A stretch of DNA of 64,000 nt, taken from Longimicrobiales bacterium. GTDB lineage: Bacteria > Gemmatimonadota > Gemmatimonadetes > Longimicrobiales > Gaopeijiaceae. The stretch is taken from assembly GCA_963664435.2 (NCBI GenBank), contig CAXXKM010000003.1, positions 288,001-352,000 of the forward strand, read 5' to 3'. Numbering within the stretch: position 1 is the stretch's first letter; the number at the start of each line of letters is the position of its first letter. Shown here in pieces: positions 1 to 9,744 of this stretch. Below the pieces are notes generated by a model. The model was not told the origin of the DNA and made no database searches. It saw only the letters and a program-made list of their open reading frames with translations. The position numbers and the translations under genes were made by a program.

Positions 1-1
1 G

Positions 2-157
2 GAGAGCTTCCTCCAGACGTTGCGCGAGGCAGGGCCCCTCGATCTGGGCGGTTTCGAGGTCGAGTACGGCGTGCGCGACAACCAGGGATCCGACCGCGTG
101 TTCCTGACCCGGATCCAGGCGGGCCGTTTCCGGGCCATGGAGCGGCTGTCGCGATGA
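2..157 (+). CDS. C-terminal fragment of a periplasmic ligand-binding protein (ABC/Peripla_BP_6-like), 5' end outside window
   Basis: Frame 2 reads ...ESFLQTLREAGPLDLGGFEVEYGVRDNQGSDRVFLTRIQAGRFRAMERLSR*. The DLGGF..YG..NQGS..V.LT pattern is typical of the C-terminus of type I solute-binding proteins. TGA at 155-157 overlaps the next ATG (ATGA). Confidence 0.65.
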   Translation, partial: ESFLQTLREAGPLDLGGFEVEYGVRDNQGSDRVFLTRIQAGRFRAMERLSR

Positions 158-2400
158 CTCCCCCTGTGCAGGAGGGTCTGGACACCAGAATCCATTCCAC
201 CTTCGAGTGGGTTCTGGCCAAGCTGCCCTCCAGATGGGGCGACAAGATTCGCGCAGCCACGGGGAACCGCTTCGGGATCGCGAGCCAGATCTGGGTGGGG
301 CTGGGTGGGGGCGTGACCCTGACTCTGGTGGCGAGCCTGCTGGCCCTGGGTCTCATGACGATCGTCAACGCGAGCCAGCGGGAAGTCACCGGCACCTACA
401 TGCCGGGGATGATCGCCGCCTTCGACGTGGCCCGCAGCAGCTCGGAACTGGTGCGTGCTTCGCCCAGGCTGATCGCGGCCGATACGCCGGAGGACCTGGA
501 GCTGGTCGACCTCGATGTGGCGCGGGAAGAGGAATTCCTGCGCACCCGCATCGGGGAAATGACGGGTGCCGGACTCGAGGGCGAACAGCAGGACTCGGTC
601 GTCCGGCTTGCCTCGACCCTTGTCGAGAGCATCGACCTCATCCGCGAATCGGTGGCCCGGCGGATGAATTATCGGGCCCAGGTGAGCGAGCTGGAACGCG
701 AGGTGCTGGAGGTTACGCTGGGAACCGAACTCCTCCTGGTCATCGAGATCGACGATCAGGAGTTTTTCATGGAGACGGGCTTGCGTGAGCTCACCGACCA
801 GCCTGCGCCGATTTCCGCCAGAAACGCGCCCGCCGAGCTGGACCAGTACAGAGGGCTGCTCAACTATCAGGCGACCCAGAACGAGGTTTCCGTCCTCATC
901 CAGCGTGCGCTCACGCAGGACGACCCGGGCCTGCTGCAGACGAACCGGGAGAGAGTGACGGCGGCGATGGGCGACCTCGAGGATGCCCTCGACGACCTGC
1001 AACCCGCGACGACCGAACTGTTCAGGCCTTCCTTCCAGGCCCTGGGCGACCTTTATTCGGCCGCGGACGGGATCTTTACGATTCGCACACTCGAGTTGGC
1101 CGAGCTGGCCGAGTCCGAGGAGTATCTGGCCCTTAACGAAGCGATCACCAACGACCTGCTCGCGCTCGTTCAGCCGCTCGTGGAGAACGCGGAGATCTCC
1201 ACCCAGGAGGCGGCGGACCGGTCGGCCACCCTGCTGCAGATCGGCTGGTGGACGATTCTCGCGGTAAACGTCCTCGCCGTGCTGGCGGCCGTCTTCGGGG
1301 GCTGGAAATTCTTCGGTGAGCGGCTGCTGGTCCGCCTGCGCCACCTTTCCGACGTGATGCGCCGCATGTCCAGGGGCGAACTGGAAGCGAAGCTCGAGAT
1401 CGCCGGCAACGACGAGGTCACCGACATGGCGGGCGCGCTCGAGGTCTTCCGGCAGCACGCCATCGAGGTTCAGCGTTTGAACCTGTTGGAAGCGCTCGCC
1501 ACCGAGGTCCAGGACAAGAACGCGGAGCTCGAGAGCACGCTGGACGAGCTTCGGCGCACGCAGGAGCAGGTCATCACCCAGGAGAAGCTGGCGTCGCTGG
1601 GGGCCCTGACGGCGGGCGTGGCGCACGAAATCCGCAACCCCCTCAACTTCGTCAACAACTTCGCCGCGCTTTCCGTCGAATTGATCGACGAGTTGCGGGA
1701 AGAACTCGGGCTCGAAGACGAGAGCAGCAGCAACGGCGATGGCTCGGGGCCGCTCACCGCGGCGGGGGATGAAGAGCTGACCGAAATCGTGGATGAGATC
1801 CTGGGCGATCTCCAGCTCAACATCTCCAAGGTCAAGGAGCACGGCGACCGCGCGAACCGGATCGTCGACGGCATGCTGGCCCACTCCCGTGACGAGGCCG
1901 GTCAGATCGAGTCCATCGACATCAATCTGCTGGTGGAGGAATACACCAAGCTCGCCTACCACGGGATGCGCGGCACGGATGCCACCTTCAACGTGACCAT
2001 CACCCGGGAACTGGACCCCGATGCGGGCCGTGTCGACGGCATCGCCCGCGACCTCAGCCGGGTCATCCTGAACATCGTCACCAACGCCTGCCAGGCCACT
2101 CAGATGCGCGGCAAGGCGGAAGGCCGCGGGTACTCCCCCACCCTCCTGGTGTCCACCGAAGGGCAGGGCGATGCCGTGCGGATCAGGATTCGAGACAACG
2201 GCACCGGCATGCCCGAGAGCGTCGTCCGCAAGATCTTCGACCCCTTCTTCACCACCAAGTCGGGGACTCAGGGCACCGGGCTGGGGCTGTCGATCTCACA
2301 CGAGATCGTGCGCGAACACGAAGGGCAGCTTGCCGTGGACACGAAAGATGGCGAGTACACGGAGTTCAGCATCGTCCTGCCGCGGGCGAAGGCAAAATAG
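154..2400 (+). CDS. Membrane sensor histidine kinase (TorS-like periplasmic domain, HAMP, HisKA, HATPase_c)
   Basis: Two TM segments flank a large helical periplasmic domain. HAMP (GNDEVTDMAGALEVF), H-box AGVAHEIRNPLNF, N-box NIVTNACQA, G1 IRDNGTGM, F/G2 FDPFFTTK..GTGLGLSIS. Confidence 0.9.
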   Translation: MTPPVQEGLDTRIHSTFEWVLAKLPSRWGDKIRAATGNRFGIASQIWVGLGGGVTLTLVASLLALGLMTIVNASQREVTGTYMPGMIAAFDVARSSSELVRASPRLIAADTPEDLELVDLDVAREEEFLRTRIGEMTGAGLEGEQQDSVVRLASTLVESIDLIRESVARRMNYRAQVSELEREVLEVTLGTELLLVIEIDDQEFFMETGLRELTDQPAPISARNAPAELDQYRGLLNYQATQNEVSVLIQRALTQDDPGLLQTNRERVTAAMGDLEDALDDLQPATTELFRPSFQALGDLYSAADGIFTIRTLELAELAESEEYLALNEAITNDLLALVQPLVENAEISTQEAADRSATLLQIGWWTILAVNVLAVLAAVFGGWKFFGERLLVRLRHLSDVMRRMSRGELEAKLEIAGNDEVTDMAGALEVFRQHAIEVQRLNLLEALATEVQDKNAELESTLDELRRTQEQVITQEKLASLGALTAGVAHEIRNPLNFVNNFAALSVELIDELREELGLEDESSSNGDGSGPLTAAGDEELTEIVDEILGDLQLNISKVKEHGDRANRIVDGMLAHSRDEAGQIESIDINLLVEEYTKLAYHGMRGTDATFNVTITRELDPDAGRVDGIARDLSRVILNIVTNACQATQMRGKAEGRGYSPTLLVSTEGQGDAVRIRIRDNGTGMPESVVRKIFDPFFTTKSGTQGTGLGLSISHEIVREHEGQLAVDTKDGEYTEFSIVLPRAKAK

Positions 2401-2447
2401 GATCTCGCCCGCGGAGCGCCGGTCGCCAGGCTTGGGCCAGGGTCAGG

Positions 2448-4001
2448 CTAGTTCTCCGCATCGACCCGGCCTCCCACGGCGGATTGATCGAGCGGGCTCC
2501 GGTACTGGATGGCCTCCGCCACGTGCGGTGCACCGACGCGCTCGCTTTCGCTCAGGTCGGCGATGGTGCGGGCCACGCGCAGGATCCGGTGATAGCCGCG
2601 CGCCGAGAGGCCCAGCGCGCGCACGGCCGTGCGCAACAGCCGGCGGCCTTCCGGCCCCGGCATGCACCAGCGTCGCATCCCCTCCGGTCCAAGCCGGCTG
2701 TTGTACGGAGCGGTTCCGTTCCGGCTTTCCCGCTGCTGCTGCCGGCCTCGGGCGCTCGCGACCCGGGCACGCACCTCGCGGCTCGACGTCCCCGTGTCCC
2801 GCACCTCGAGTTCGCCGACCGGCACGGCCGGCATGTGCACATGCAGGTCGACGCGATCCAGCAACGGCCCCGAAACCCGATTCCGGTAGCGGCGCATCGT
2901 GGGCTCGCCGCAGGAGCACCGCCCCGATCCGTCACCGTGGAACCCGCACGGACACGGATTCATCGAGGCGACCAGAGTGAAATGGCAGGGGTACGTGACC
3001 GCCTGACTGGCGCGTGAGATCGTAACCGTTCCGTCTTCAAGTGGTTGGCGCAGGGCTTCGAGGACGTGCCGGCGGAACTCCGGGAGTTCGTCGAGAAAGA
3101 GCACCCCCTGGTGCGCGAGGCTTACCTCGCCGGGTCGCGGCACGCGGCCACCGCCGACCAGCCCCGCGTCGCTGATGGTGTGGTGGGGGGAGCGGAAAGG
3201 GCGGCGCGTGAGAAGCGCCTCGCCGGAGGGCAGCCGTCCGGCTACGGAGTGAACCTTGGTCGCCTCAACCGCCTCTCGCAGGCCAAGCGGCGGCAGAATC
3301 CCGGACAGCCGCCGCGCGAGCATGGTCTTTCCGGCTCCGGGCGGGCCGCTCAGCAGCACATTGTGCCCTCCCGCGGCCGCCAGCAGCAGGGCGCGCTTCG
3401 CATGAGCCTGGCCCCGGACATCGGCCAGATCCGGCGCGTCCGCCGCCCCACCCCCCAGAAGGGCCAGGCCGTCCACTCTGGCCGGGGCGATGGGGCCCTC
3501 CCCGGTCAGATGCCGGATCACCTCCGGCAGACAGGACGCCCCGATCACCTCCACCGCCCCCGCCACCGCCGCCTCGCGCGCGTTTACGTCGGGAACCACG
3601 AGACCCTCCAACCCGTCGCAGCCGTGTGCGATCGAGAGTGCTCCCCGCACCGGGCGCAATTCGCCATCGAGTCCCAGCTCGCCCACAAACCCGTGACCGT
3701 CGACTTCCTCGGCCTGGAGGTGCCCGGCCACGACCAGAGCCGCGATCGCAATGGGAAGGTCGAAGGCGCTGCCGGTCTTGGGCACGTCGGCCGGCGCCAG
3801 GTTGATCGTGAGACGGCGGTGCGGGATCGGAAACCCGGCACTCGCGAGCGCGGCCGTCACCCGTTCGCGGCCTTCCCGCACCGCCCCCGCCGGCAGGCCG
3901 ACGATCGAGAACGACGGGAGGCCGGACGACAGGGTCGCCTCAACGCTGACCGGAAAGCTGTCGACCCCGTTCAGGGCGGCCGATCGGACCTGAGTGAACA
4001 T
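2448..4001 (-). CDS. comM: YifB/ComM Mg-chelatase-like AAA+ ATPase
   Basis: INLAPAD..K.GSAFDLPIA, Walker A GPPGAGKT, PFRSPHHTIS, GEVSLAHQGVLFLDELPEF, MNPCPCG zinc motif, LSARGYHRILRVARTIADL. Confidence 0.95.
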   Translation of the reverse strand: MFTQVRSAALNGVDSFPVSVEATLSSGLPSFSIVGLPAGAVREGRERVTAALASAGFPIPHRRLTINLAPADVPKTGSAFDLPIAIAALVVAGHLQAEEVDGHGFVGELGLDGELRPVRGALSIAHGCDGLEGLVVPDVNAREAAVAGAVEVIGASCLPEVIRHLTGEGPIAPARVDGLALLGGGAADAPDLADVRGQAHAKRALLLAAAGGHNVLLSGPPGAGKTMLARRLSGILPPLGLREAVEATKVHSVAGRLPSGEALLTRRPFRSPHHTISDAGLVGGGRVPRPGEVSLAHQGVLFLDELPEFRRHVLEALRQPLEDGTVTISRASQAVTYPCHFTLVASMNPCPCGFHGDGSGRCSCGEPTMRRYRNRVSGPLLDRVDLHVHMPAVPVGELEVRDTGTSSREVRARVASARGRQQQRESRNGTAPYNSRLGPEGMRRWCMPGPEGRRLLRTAVRALGLSARGYHRILRVARTIADLSESERVGAPHVAEAIQYRSPLDQSAVGGRVDAEN

Positions 4002-4128
4002 CGCCCCCCGCAGCCTGCCTCACGTGGTGCCGGACGGCGGGGACCGTCCCCGCGCCGGAGAAAGGTGGCGACGTTGCGGGGGCGTCCCCATGGCACGATG
4101 GGAACACCTGCTCGGGTGCCGGGCCGGG

Positions 4129-4157
4129 AAGCTATAAGTGACGTATACTGTCGTCTA
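4129..4157 (-). promoter_or_regulatory. Candidate sigma70-like promoter for comM
   Basis: Minus strand TAGACG-N17-TAGCTT in an AT-rich patch about 130 nt upstream of comM. Confidence 0.3.
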
Positions 4158-4222
4158 CTGACGAGATCTGGCAACTTCACATCGGACGGGCAGGACGATC
4201 GCCGGCTGCCGGCGGCCCGGAC

Positions 4223-4960
4223 TTAGTAGGGATCCCGGTTCTGGAGACCGAACGAGACCCCGAGGCGGAAAGAAAGGAAGTTGGTGTCGCCCCGCCGCGG
4301 GAACATGTCGATGCCCCCGCCTGGGAGATCCTCGATGTCGACCTCGGTCAGATACCGGGCCACCCCGTTGCGATGGTAGAACGCCGCCAGATCCAGGTCC
4401 ACAAAGACCTCTCGACGTGCCAGCCTTACCAGGATTCCGCCACCCCCGCGCCAGGCCAGCGAGGAATCCTTGAAGTTGGTGGTCTCGCCGAAGCCGTCCT
4501 CGTCGTGCTCATCCACTCCCTTCACGTACGAGTGCGTGTAGAAGTGGGCAAGTCCGACATTACCGGCCAGATACGGCCTCACCGGTCCGCCCGGCAGGAC
4601 CCACTCGGGGCCGAGGTTGAAGAGCAGAATGTCGTTCGCCGTCACCACGTCCAGCTGGATCCGGCACCCCACCGTGACGCTGAAACAGGCGGGCTGGGTA
4701 TTGGATCCGTAGCGGATGAAGCCGAAGTCGGCGCGCAGGCCGAATCCCGACGCCCCCGACGGGCTGTAGCGCACGTTGAGCGCCAGGCCAGGCGCCGTGC
4801 CCACGGACTCGGCAAAATGTCCCCGGGGTTCGCTGACGATTCCGCCGATGCCCAGGAACCATTGCGGGACGAGTTCCTCGGGTGCCTCCTGCGCGTGCGC
4901 ATTCGCCGCGAGGGCCGTGATCGCCGCCAACTGCACCAGAACCCTGCACACGCCGCGCAT
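4223..4960 (-). CDS. Outer-membrane beta-barrel protein
   Basis: GGAGG before the ATG at 4960, signal peptide ending ANAHA-Q, alternating amphipathic strands (VRPYLAGNVGLAHF), C-terminal FRLGVSF. Confidence 0.7.
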   Translation of the reverse strand: MRGVCRVLVQLAAITALAANAHAQEAPEELVPQWFLGIGGIVSEPRGHFAESVGTAPGLALNVRYSPSGASGFGLRADFGFIRYGSNTQPACFSVTVGCRIQLDVVTANDILLFNLGPEWVLPGGPVRPYLAGNVGLAHFYTHSYVKGVDEHDEDGFGETTNFKDSSLAWRGGGGILVRLARREVFVDLDLAAFYHRNGVARYLTEVDIEDLPGGGIDMFPRRGDTNFLSFRLGVSFGLQNRDPY

Positions 4961-5095
4961 GTGCCACCTCCCGCGTACCGGGGACCCGCGCCTCACCGGT
5001 GATGGTCCCGGCAGGCACCGGAGAAACAGACTGCATACATCGTGCCATGCGCCGGGCAGATCGCGCGCTTCGGCCGGCGGCGGTTCCCCGCGCCG

Positions 5096-6481
5096 CTAGA
5101 CCTCCTTGGTCTCGCGCACCAGGTCCACCATCGAGCCCTTGGCATCCCCGAAGAACATCATCGTGCGGTCGAGATAGAACAGGGGGTTGTCGATCCCCGC
5201 GAAACCCGGACTGAGGCTCCTCTTCATGACGATGACGCTGCGGGCCTCGTCCACGTCCAGGATGGGCATTCCTGCGATGACGGAATCCGGATTGCGGGCA
5301 TCGGGGTTGACCACGTCATTGGCTCCCACGATAAGCGCCACGTCCGTCGTCCGGAATTCGTCGTTGATCTCGTCGAGGTCGAAGAGCTGCGTGTAGGGCA
5401 CGTCGGCTTCGGCCAAAAGCACGTTCATGTGGCCCGGCATGCGTCCCGCCACCGGATGGATGGCGAACTTGACCTCCACGCCGCGCTCCTGGAGCAGGTC
5501 GGAGAGCTTGCGAATGTCGTGCTGCGCCTGGGCGACCGCGAGCCCGTAGCCCGGGACCACGATCACGGACTGCGCGTAGGCGAGCACCATGGCCGCCTGT
5601 TCGGCATCCACGTCCCGCACGGTCTTGCCCTCGCCGGCGGTGACCTGGGCGCCCGTGGAATCGGCCGCGCCGAACGCGCCGAAGACGACGTTGGCCAGCG
5701 ACCGGTTCATCGCCTTGCACATGAGACTGGTGAGGATCAGGCCGGCGGCGCCCACCAGCGCTCCGGAAATGATCAGGATCATGTTGCCGAGCACGAACCC
5801 GGCCGCCGAAGCCGCAAGCCCCGAGTACGAGTTGAGGAGCGAGATGACCACCGGCATGTCGGCGCCGCCGATCGGCGTGACCAGCAGGACCCCCAGCACG
5901 AGGGCGAGCCCGGTGAGAACCAGATACATCGTAACCGTGGCCTCGCCCGTTACCTGCATCGCGGCGATGACCAGAATCGCGGCGAAGAGCGCGGCATTCA
6001 GGGTTCTGGAGAAGGGGAACGTGAGCGGCGCCCCGGAAATGAAGCGCTGCAGCTTGCCGAAGGCGATGAAGCTGCCCGACAGCGTCACGGTCCCGATCAA
6101 GGTCGACAGGAGGATGGTGATCCCCGCCTCCAGGCCGAGGTCGCCTCCGCCCAGGCGGAAGAACTCGGCTGCCGCCACCACTCCGGAGGCACCGCCCCCG
6201 AGGCCGTTGAAGATCCCGACCATCTGCGGCATGTCGGTCATCTTGACGGTGCGCGCGGCGAATGCGCCGATGACCGATCCCAGGATGACACCGAGGCCGA
6301 TGAGCTGCCAGCTCAGGATTTCCTGCTCGAGCAGGGTCGCCACGATGGCGATCAGCATGGCGAGCGCGGCCATTCGGTTGCCTTGCCGGGCAGTGGCGGG
6401 CGAGCCAAGGCGCTTGAGCCCGAACACGAAGAGCGTGGCCGAGAGAAGATAGACGAGTTGCATCAGGGTATCGGGATTCAC
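5096..6481 (-). CDS. pntB: NAD(P) transhydrogenase subunit beta
   Basis: MTDMPQMV..FNGLGG, IGGADMPVVISLLNSYSG, VPGYGLAVAQAQH, HPVAGRMPGHMNVLLAEA, GANDVVNP. Confidence 0.97.
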   Translation of the reverse strand: MNPDTLMQLVYLLSATLFVFGLKRLGSPATARQGNRMAALAMLIAIVATLLEQEILSWQLIGLGVILGSVIGAFAARTVKMTDMPQMVGIFNGLGGGASGVVAAAEFFRLGGGDLGLEAGITILLSTLIGTVTLSGSFIAFGKLQRFISGAPLTFPFSRTLNAALFAAILVIAAMQVTGEATVTMYLVLTGLALVLGVLLVTPIGGADMPVVISLLNSYSGLAASAAGFVLGNMILIISGALVGAAGLILTSLMCKAMNRSLANVVFGAFGAADSTGAQVTAGEGKTVRDVDAEQAAMVLAYAQSVIVVPGYGLAVAQAQHDIRKLSDLLQERGVEVKFAIHPVAGRMPGHMNVLLAEADVPYTQLFDLDEINDEFRTTDVALIVGANDVVNPDARNPDSVIAGMPILDVDEARSVIVMKRSLSPGFAGIDNPLFYLDRTMMFFGDAKGSMVDLVRETKEV

Positions 6482-6553
6482 CGTGACTCCTCAGTAATCC
6501 GGGTATTCATGCGGGATGGTGGAAAACTATGCCGGCACGAGCCTCGGGCAGGG

Positions 6554-6841
6554 CTACTTCTTCCGACCCGGCTTGAACATCTCCAGCATGCGGTCGGTGA
6601 CCATGAAACCGCCCACGACGTTGATCATGGCCATGACGATCGCCGCGACGCCGAGTACGGCCGCAGTGGTGTCGTCGGCACGGGCCGCGACCACCAGGGC
6701 GCCGACGACGGCGATTCCGGAGATCGCGTTGGCTCCCGACATGAGTGGCGTGTGCAGCGTCGGCGGCACCTTGGTAATGACTTCGAATCCGACCATTACG
6801 GCCAGAACGAACACATAGAGACCGATCATCAACTCACCCAT
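6554..6841 (-). CDS. pntAB: NAD(P) transhydrogenase subunit alpha part 2 (membrane)
   Basis: KVPPTLHTPLMSGANAISG and INVVGGFMVTDRMLEMF. Start placed at MGELMIG. Confidence 0.95.
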   Translation of the reverse strand: MGELMIGLYVFVLAVMVGFEVITKVPPTLHTPLMSGANAISGIAVVGALVVAARADDTTAAVLGVAAIVMAMINVVGGFMVTDRMLEMFKPGRKK

Positions 6842-6874
6842 GGGTTCTCCGCTGGGTTGGGGTTGCCGGGGGGC

Positions 6875-6929
6875 GGCACATGGCCGCTGCTGCGGCCGGA
6901 CGGGCACATGGCCGCGCTGCGGCCGGACG
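6875..6929. repeat. Two tandem 27-28 bp palindromic units between pntAA and pntAB
   Basis: ggcacatggccgctgctgcggccggacg followed by ggcacatggccgcgctgcggccggacg. Each unit contains a ggccgc...gcggcc inverted repeat. Confidence 0.85.
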
Positions 6930-6991
6930 GGGCAAGCGGCTCGCCGGAATCCGGGGCACGGGAGACCGGCTGGCTGCGGACGTGGTCGCGG

Positions 6992-8140
6992 TCAACTCGA
7001 CAGACGCTCCCGGGTGCGGGCGTGAACGACCTCGCCATCGTGGGTCACGCACGAGCCGGAGACGACCTCGTCGTCAAAGTCGAGCTTGAGTTCCCCGTCC
7101 TCGACGATGTCCTGGAGGAAGGAGGTCACGTTGCGCGCGTACATCTGGCTGGCGTGGGTGGGCAGCTCGCTGGGGAGGTTCTCCGGGGCGACGATGATCA
7201 CCCCGTCGCGGACCACCACCTTGCCGTACTCGCTCAGCTCGCAGTTTCCACCCGATTCGCCCGCAAGATCGATGATTACCGATCCGGGACGCATGGTCGC
7301 CGCCATGGCCGCCGTGATCAGCACCGGCGCCCGCGCGCCGGGGATGTTGGCGGTGGTGATGACCGCGTCGGTGTCGGGCAGCCGCCCTCCGATGAGATCG
7401 AGCTCCTGCTGATGCTTCTCCTCCGACAGTGCCCGCGCGTAGCCGCCCTCGTCCTCGGCGGACTCGTCCAGCTCGGCCTCCAGGAACTTGGCGCCCAGGC
7501 TCTGGACCTGCTCCTTGACCGCGGGACGAATGTCGAAGGCTTCGACCACGGCGCCAAGACGGCGAGCGGTCGCGATCGCCTGGAGTCCGGCCACGCCGGC
7601 GCCGAGAATCAGGACCTTGCCGGGCGGTATGGTCCCCGCCGCGGTCATGAACATGGGCAGGAACTTGCCCAAGTGGGTCGCCGCGAGCAGCGAGGCGCGA
7701 TACCCGGCCACGGTGGCCTGAGAGGAGAGCGCATCCATCTTCTGGGCTCGCGTGATGCGAGGCACCTGGTCCATGGCCAGCGTCGTTACGCGGGCGTCCG
7801 CCAGTCGGCGTACGAGCTCCAGGTTCGCTACCGGGGAAACGAACGAGATCAGCACGATGCCTTCGGGCAGAGCGGCGATTTCGTCGGCGCTTCCGTTGGC
7901 GCCGGTGGAGGGCGGATTGATCTTCACGACCACGTCGCTGCCCTCCAGCGCCTGTGCGGCGCTTTCGCACACCGACGCGCCCACCTCGCGGAAGGCATCG
8001 TCGAGGAAGGAGGCCTCCTCCCCCGCACCGGTCTCCACCGCGACCTCGACGCCCATCTTCGCCAGGGCGCCGACTTCGGCGGGAACCAGCGCCACCCGGC
8101 GCTCTCCCGCGCGGCTCTCACGCAATACGCAGACCTTCAT
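6992..8140 (-). CDS. pntAA: NAD(P) transhydrogenase subunit alpha part 1 (NAD-binding dI)
   Basis: MKVCVLRES..GERRVALVP, PRITRAQKMDALSSQ, FLPMFMTAAGTIPP, GAGVAGLQAIATARRLGA, DLAGESGGNCE. Confidence 0.96.
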   Translation of the reverse strand: MKVCVLRESRAGERRVALVPAEVGALAKMGVEVAVETGAGEEASFLDDAFREVGASVCESAAQALEGSDVVVKINPPSTGANGSADEIAALPEGIVLISFVSPVANLELVRRLADARVTTLAMDQVPRITRAQKMDALSSQATVAGYRASLLAATHLGKFLPMFMTAAGTIPPGKVLILGAGVAGLQAIATARRLGAVVEAFDIRPAVKEQVQSLGAKFLEAELDESAEDEGGYARALSEEKHQQELDLIGGRLPDTDAVITTANIPGARAPVLITAAMAATMRPGSVIIDLAGESGGNCELSEYGKVVVRDGVIIVAPENLPSELPTHASQMYARNVTSFLQDIVEDGELKLDFDDEVVSGSCVTHDGEVVHARTRERLSS

Positions 8141-8272
8141 CCGCCTCTCCGCTGGAATGTCAGGATGTGCTCTCGGGGGCCCGGAGGCCGGTCCAGACGG
8201 CTTGCCCGGGAAAAAACCCCCCATTAGATAACGAGCCCGCGACATGGCCGCAACGGCGCGCGGGCGGCGCGT

Positions 8273-9739
8273 CTAGCCCAATCGCGCCGCCTCCAGTTCG
8301 AGCCTTCGCCACGCGCGTTCCACATGTTCGTGCCGGGTACGCAGGTTGCCCACGGACAGGCGGAGGACGTAGCGCCCCTCCAGGACCGTATGCGACAGGA
8401 ACACTTCCCCGGAGGCGTTGACCGCGTCGAGGATGCGTTCGTTGGCCAGGTCGGTCCGGTCGGGTCCCAGCCCCGGATCCCGGTAGCGAAAGACGACCAG
8501 CCCCAGCAACGTCGAAGCCATCAGTTGCCACCGGTCCGAGGACTGTACCCACCCGGCGAATCGGCGCGCGAGGCGACAATGTTCGCGAAGCCGTTCCGCA
8601 AGCCCCCGGCCGCCGAAGTAGCGCAGCACGAACCAGAGTTTGAGGGCGCGGAAGCTGCGGCCGAGCGCCACGCCATAGTTCATCAGGTCACGCGCCTCAT
8701 CCGCTTCGCGGGTGCGCAGGTATGGCGGGACCAGGGAAAACGCGTCGGCGAGGGCCTCGGGACGGCGGCAATAGAGAAGCGCGCAGTCCATCGGCGTGAA
8801 GAGCCATTTGTGCGCATTGAGCACGATGGAGTCGGCCCGCTCCCACCCGGCCAGCAGCGGGCGCAGCTCCCGAACGATACCGGCCACGCCCGCGTAGGCG
8901 GCGTCGACGTGCATCCAGATCCCGTGCTCCCGGCAAATGTCGGCGATCTCCGGCAGCGGATCGATGCTCGCGATGGACGTTGTGCCGGCGACGGCCACCA
9001 CCGCCACCGGACGCACCCCGGCGGCCAGGTCTTCCTCGATCGCGGCGCGCAGGGCTTTCGGCTTCATCCGGTAGCTGCCGTCGGCGGGAAGGTGGCGCAC
9101 GCCCCGTCGGCCCAGACCGAGAGTGACGACGGCCTTGTCGATGGAGGAGTGGACGTGCTCCGAGGCGTAGATCCTGCCCGCCGGCAGTGAATGAAGACCG
9201 TCCTCGCCTGCTTCCGGAAACGCCCGGGCGCGGGCGGCCGCGAGAGCGTACAGGGTGTTGTGCGAAGCCGTGTCGTTGATGAATCCGGCGAAGTCCCCGG
9301 GAAGGCCGAGGAGCTGCCTGAGCCAGTCCGCCGTCACGCCTTCCACCTCGGTTGCGGCGGGAGACGTCTTCCAGATCATGGCGTTCGCGTTGACTGCCGT
9401 GGCCAGCAGGTCGCCGAGAATGGCCGGAGAGGAAGCCGTGTTGGCGAAGTACGCCAGGAAGCCCGGATGATTCCAGTGCGTGAGGCCCGGAACCACCTGT
9501 TCCTCGAAGTCGCGCAGGATTTGCTCGAAGGCCTCGCCCTCCCAGGGTGGCGACGGTGCCAGGGAGGCGCGCACTTCGCCGGGGCGCACCTGGGCCAGAA
9601 CCGGGTATCGTCCGTCCGAGCCGAGATACTCCGAGATCCATTCGAGGATGTGCCGGCCGTGGACCAGGAATTCCTCGGGAGGCATGTCTCCCGGACCCGA
9701 AACAGGCGGGACCGGGGGGCCGGCGTCGGATGGTCGCAT
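8273..9739 (-). CDS. Group II PLP-dependent decarboxylase, aromatic-L-amino-acid (DOPA/Trp/Tyr) decarboxylase-like
   Basis: PGLTHWNHPGFLAYF, WKTSPAATEVE, HSSIDKA, GTTS, WMHVDAAYAG, PLP lysine motif NAHKWLF..DC, LGRSFRALKLWFVLRYFG. Confidence 0.9.
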   Translation of the reverse strand: MRPSDAGPPVPPVSGPGDMPPEEFLVHGRHILEWISEYLGSDGRYPVLAQVRPGEVRASLAPSPPWEGEAFEQILRDFEEQVVPGLTHWNHPGFLAYFANTASSPAILGDLLATAVNANAMIWKTSPAATEVEGVTADWLRQLLGLPGDFAGFINDTASHNTLYALAAARARAFPEAGEDGLHSLPAGRIYASEHVHSSIDKAVVTLGLGRRGVRHLPADGSYRMKPKALRAAIEEDLAAGVRPVAVVAVAGTTSIASIDPLPEIADICREHGIWMHVDAAYAGVAGIVRELRPLLAGWERADSIVLNAHKWLFTPMDCALLYCRRPEALADAFSLVPPYLRTREADEARDLMNYGVALGRSFRALKLWFVLRYFGGRGLAERLREHCRLARRFAGWVQSSDRWQLMASTLLGLVVFRYRDPGLGPDRTDLANERILDAVNASGEVFLSHTVLEGRYVLRLSVGNLRTRHEHVERAWRRLELEAARLG

Positions 9740-9744
9740 GAGTT

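Noticed and set aside
6478..6510. 10-codon mini-ORF (MNTRITEESR) overlapping the pntB start
   Set aside because: Too short to support and it contains the pntB SD. Likely incidental.
5042..8227. 1061-aa plus-strand ORF, and similar long ORFs at 15513-18497(-), 40411-43095(+), 10398-12596(+), 54445-56709(+)
   Set aside because: Antisense shadows of well-supported genes. High GC and codon bias suppress stops, and the translations have no recognisable motifs.
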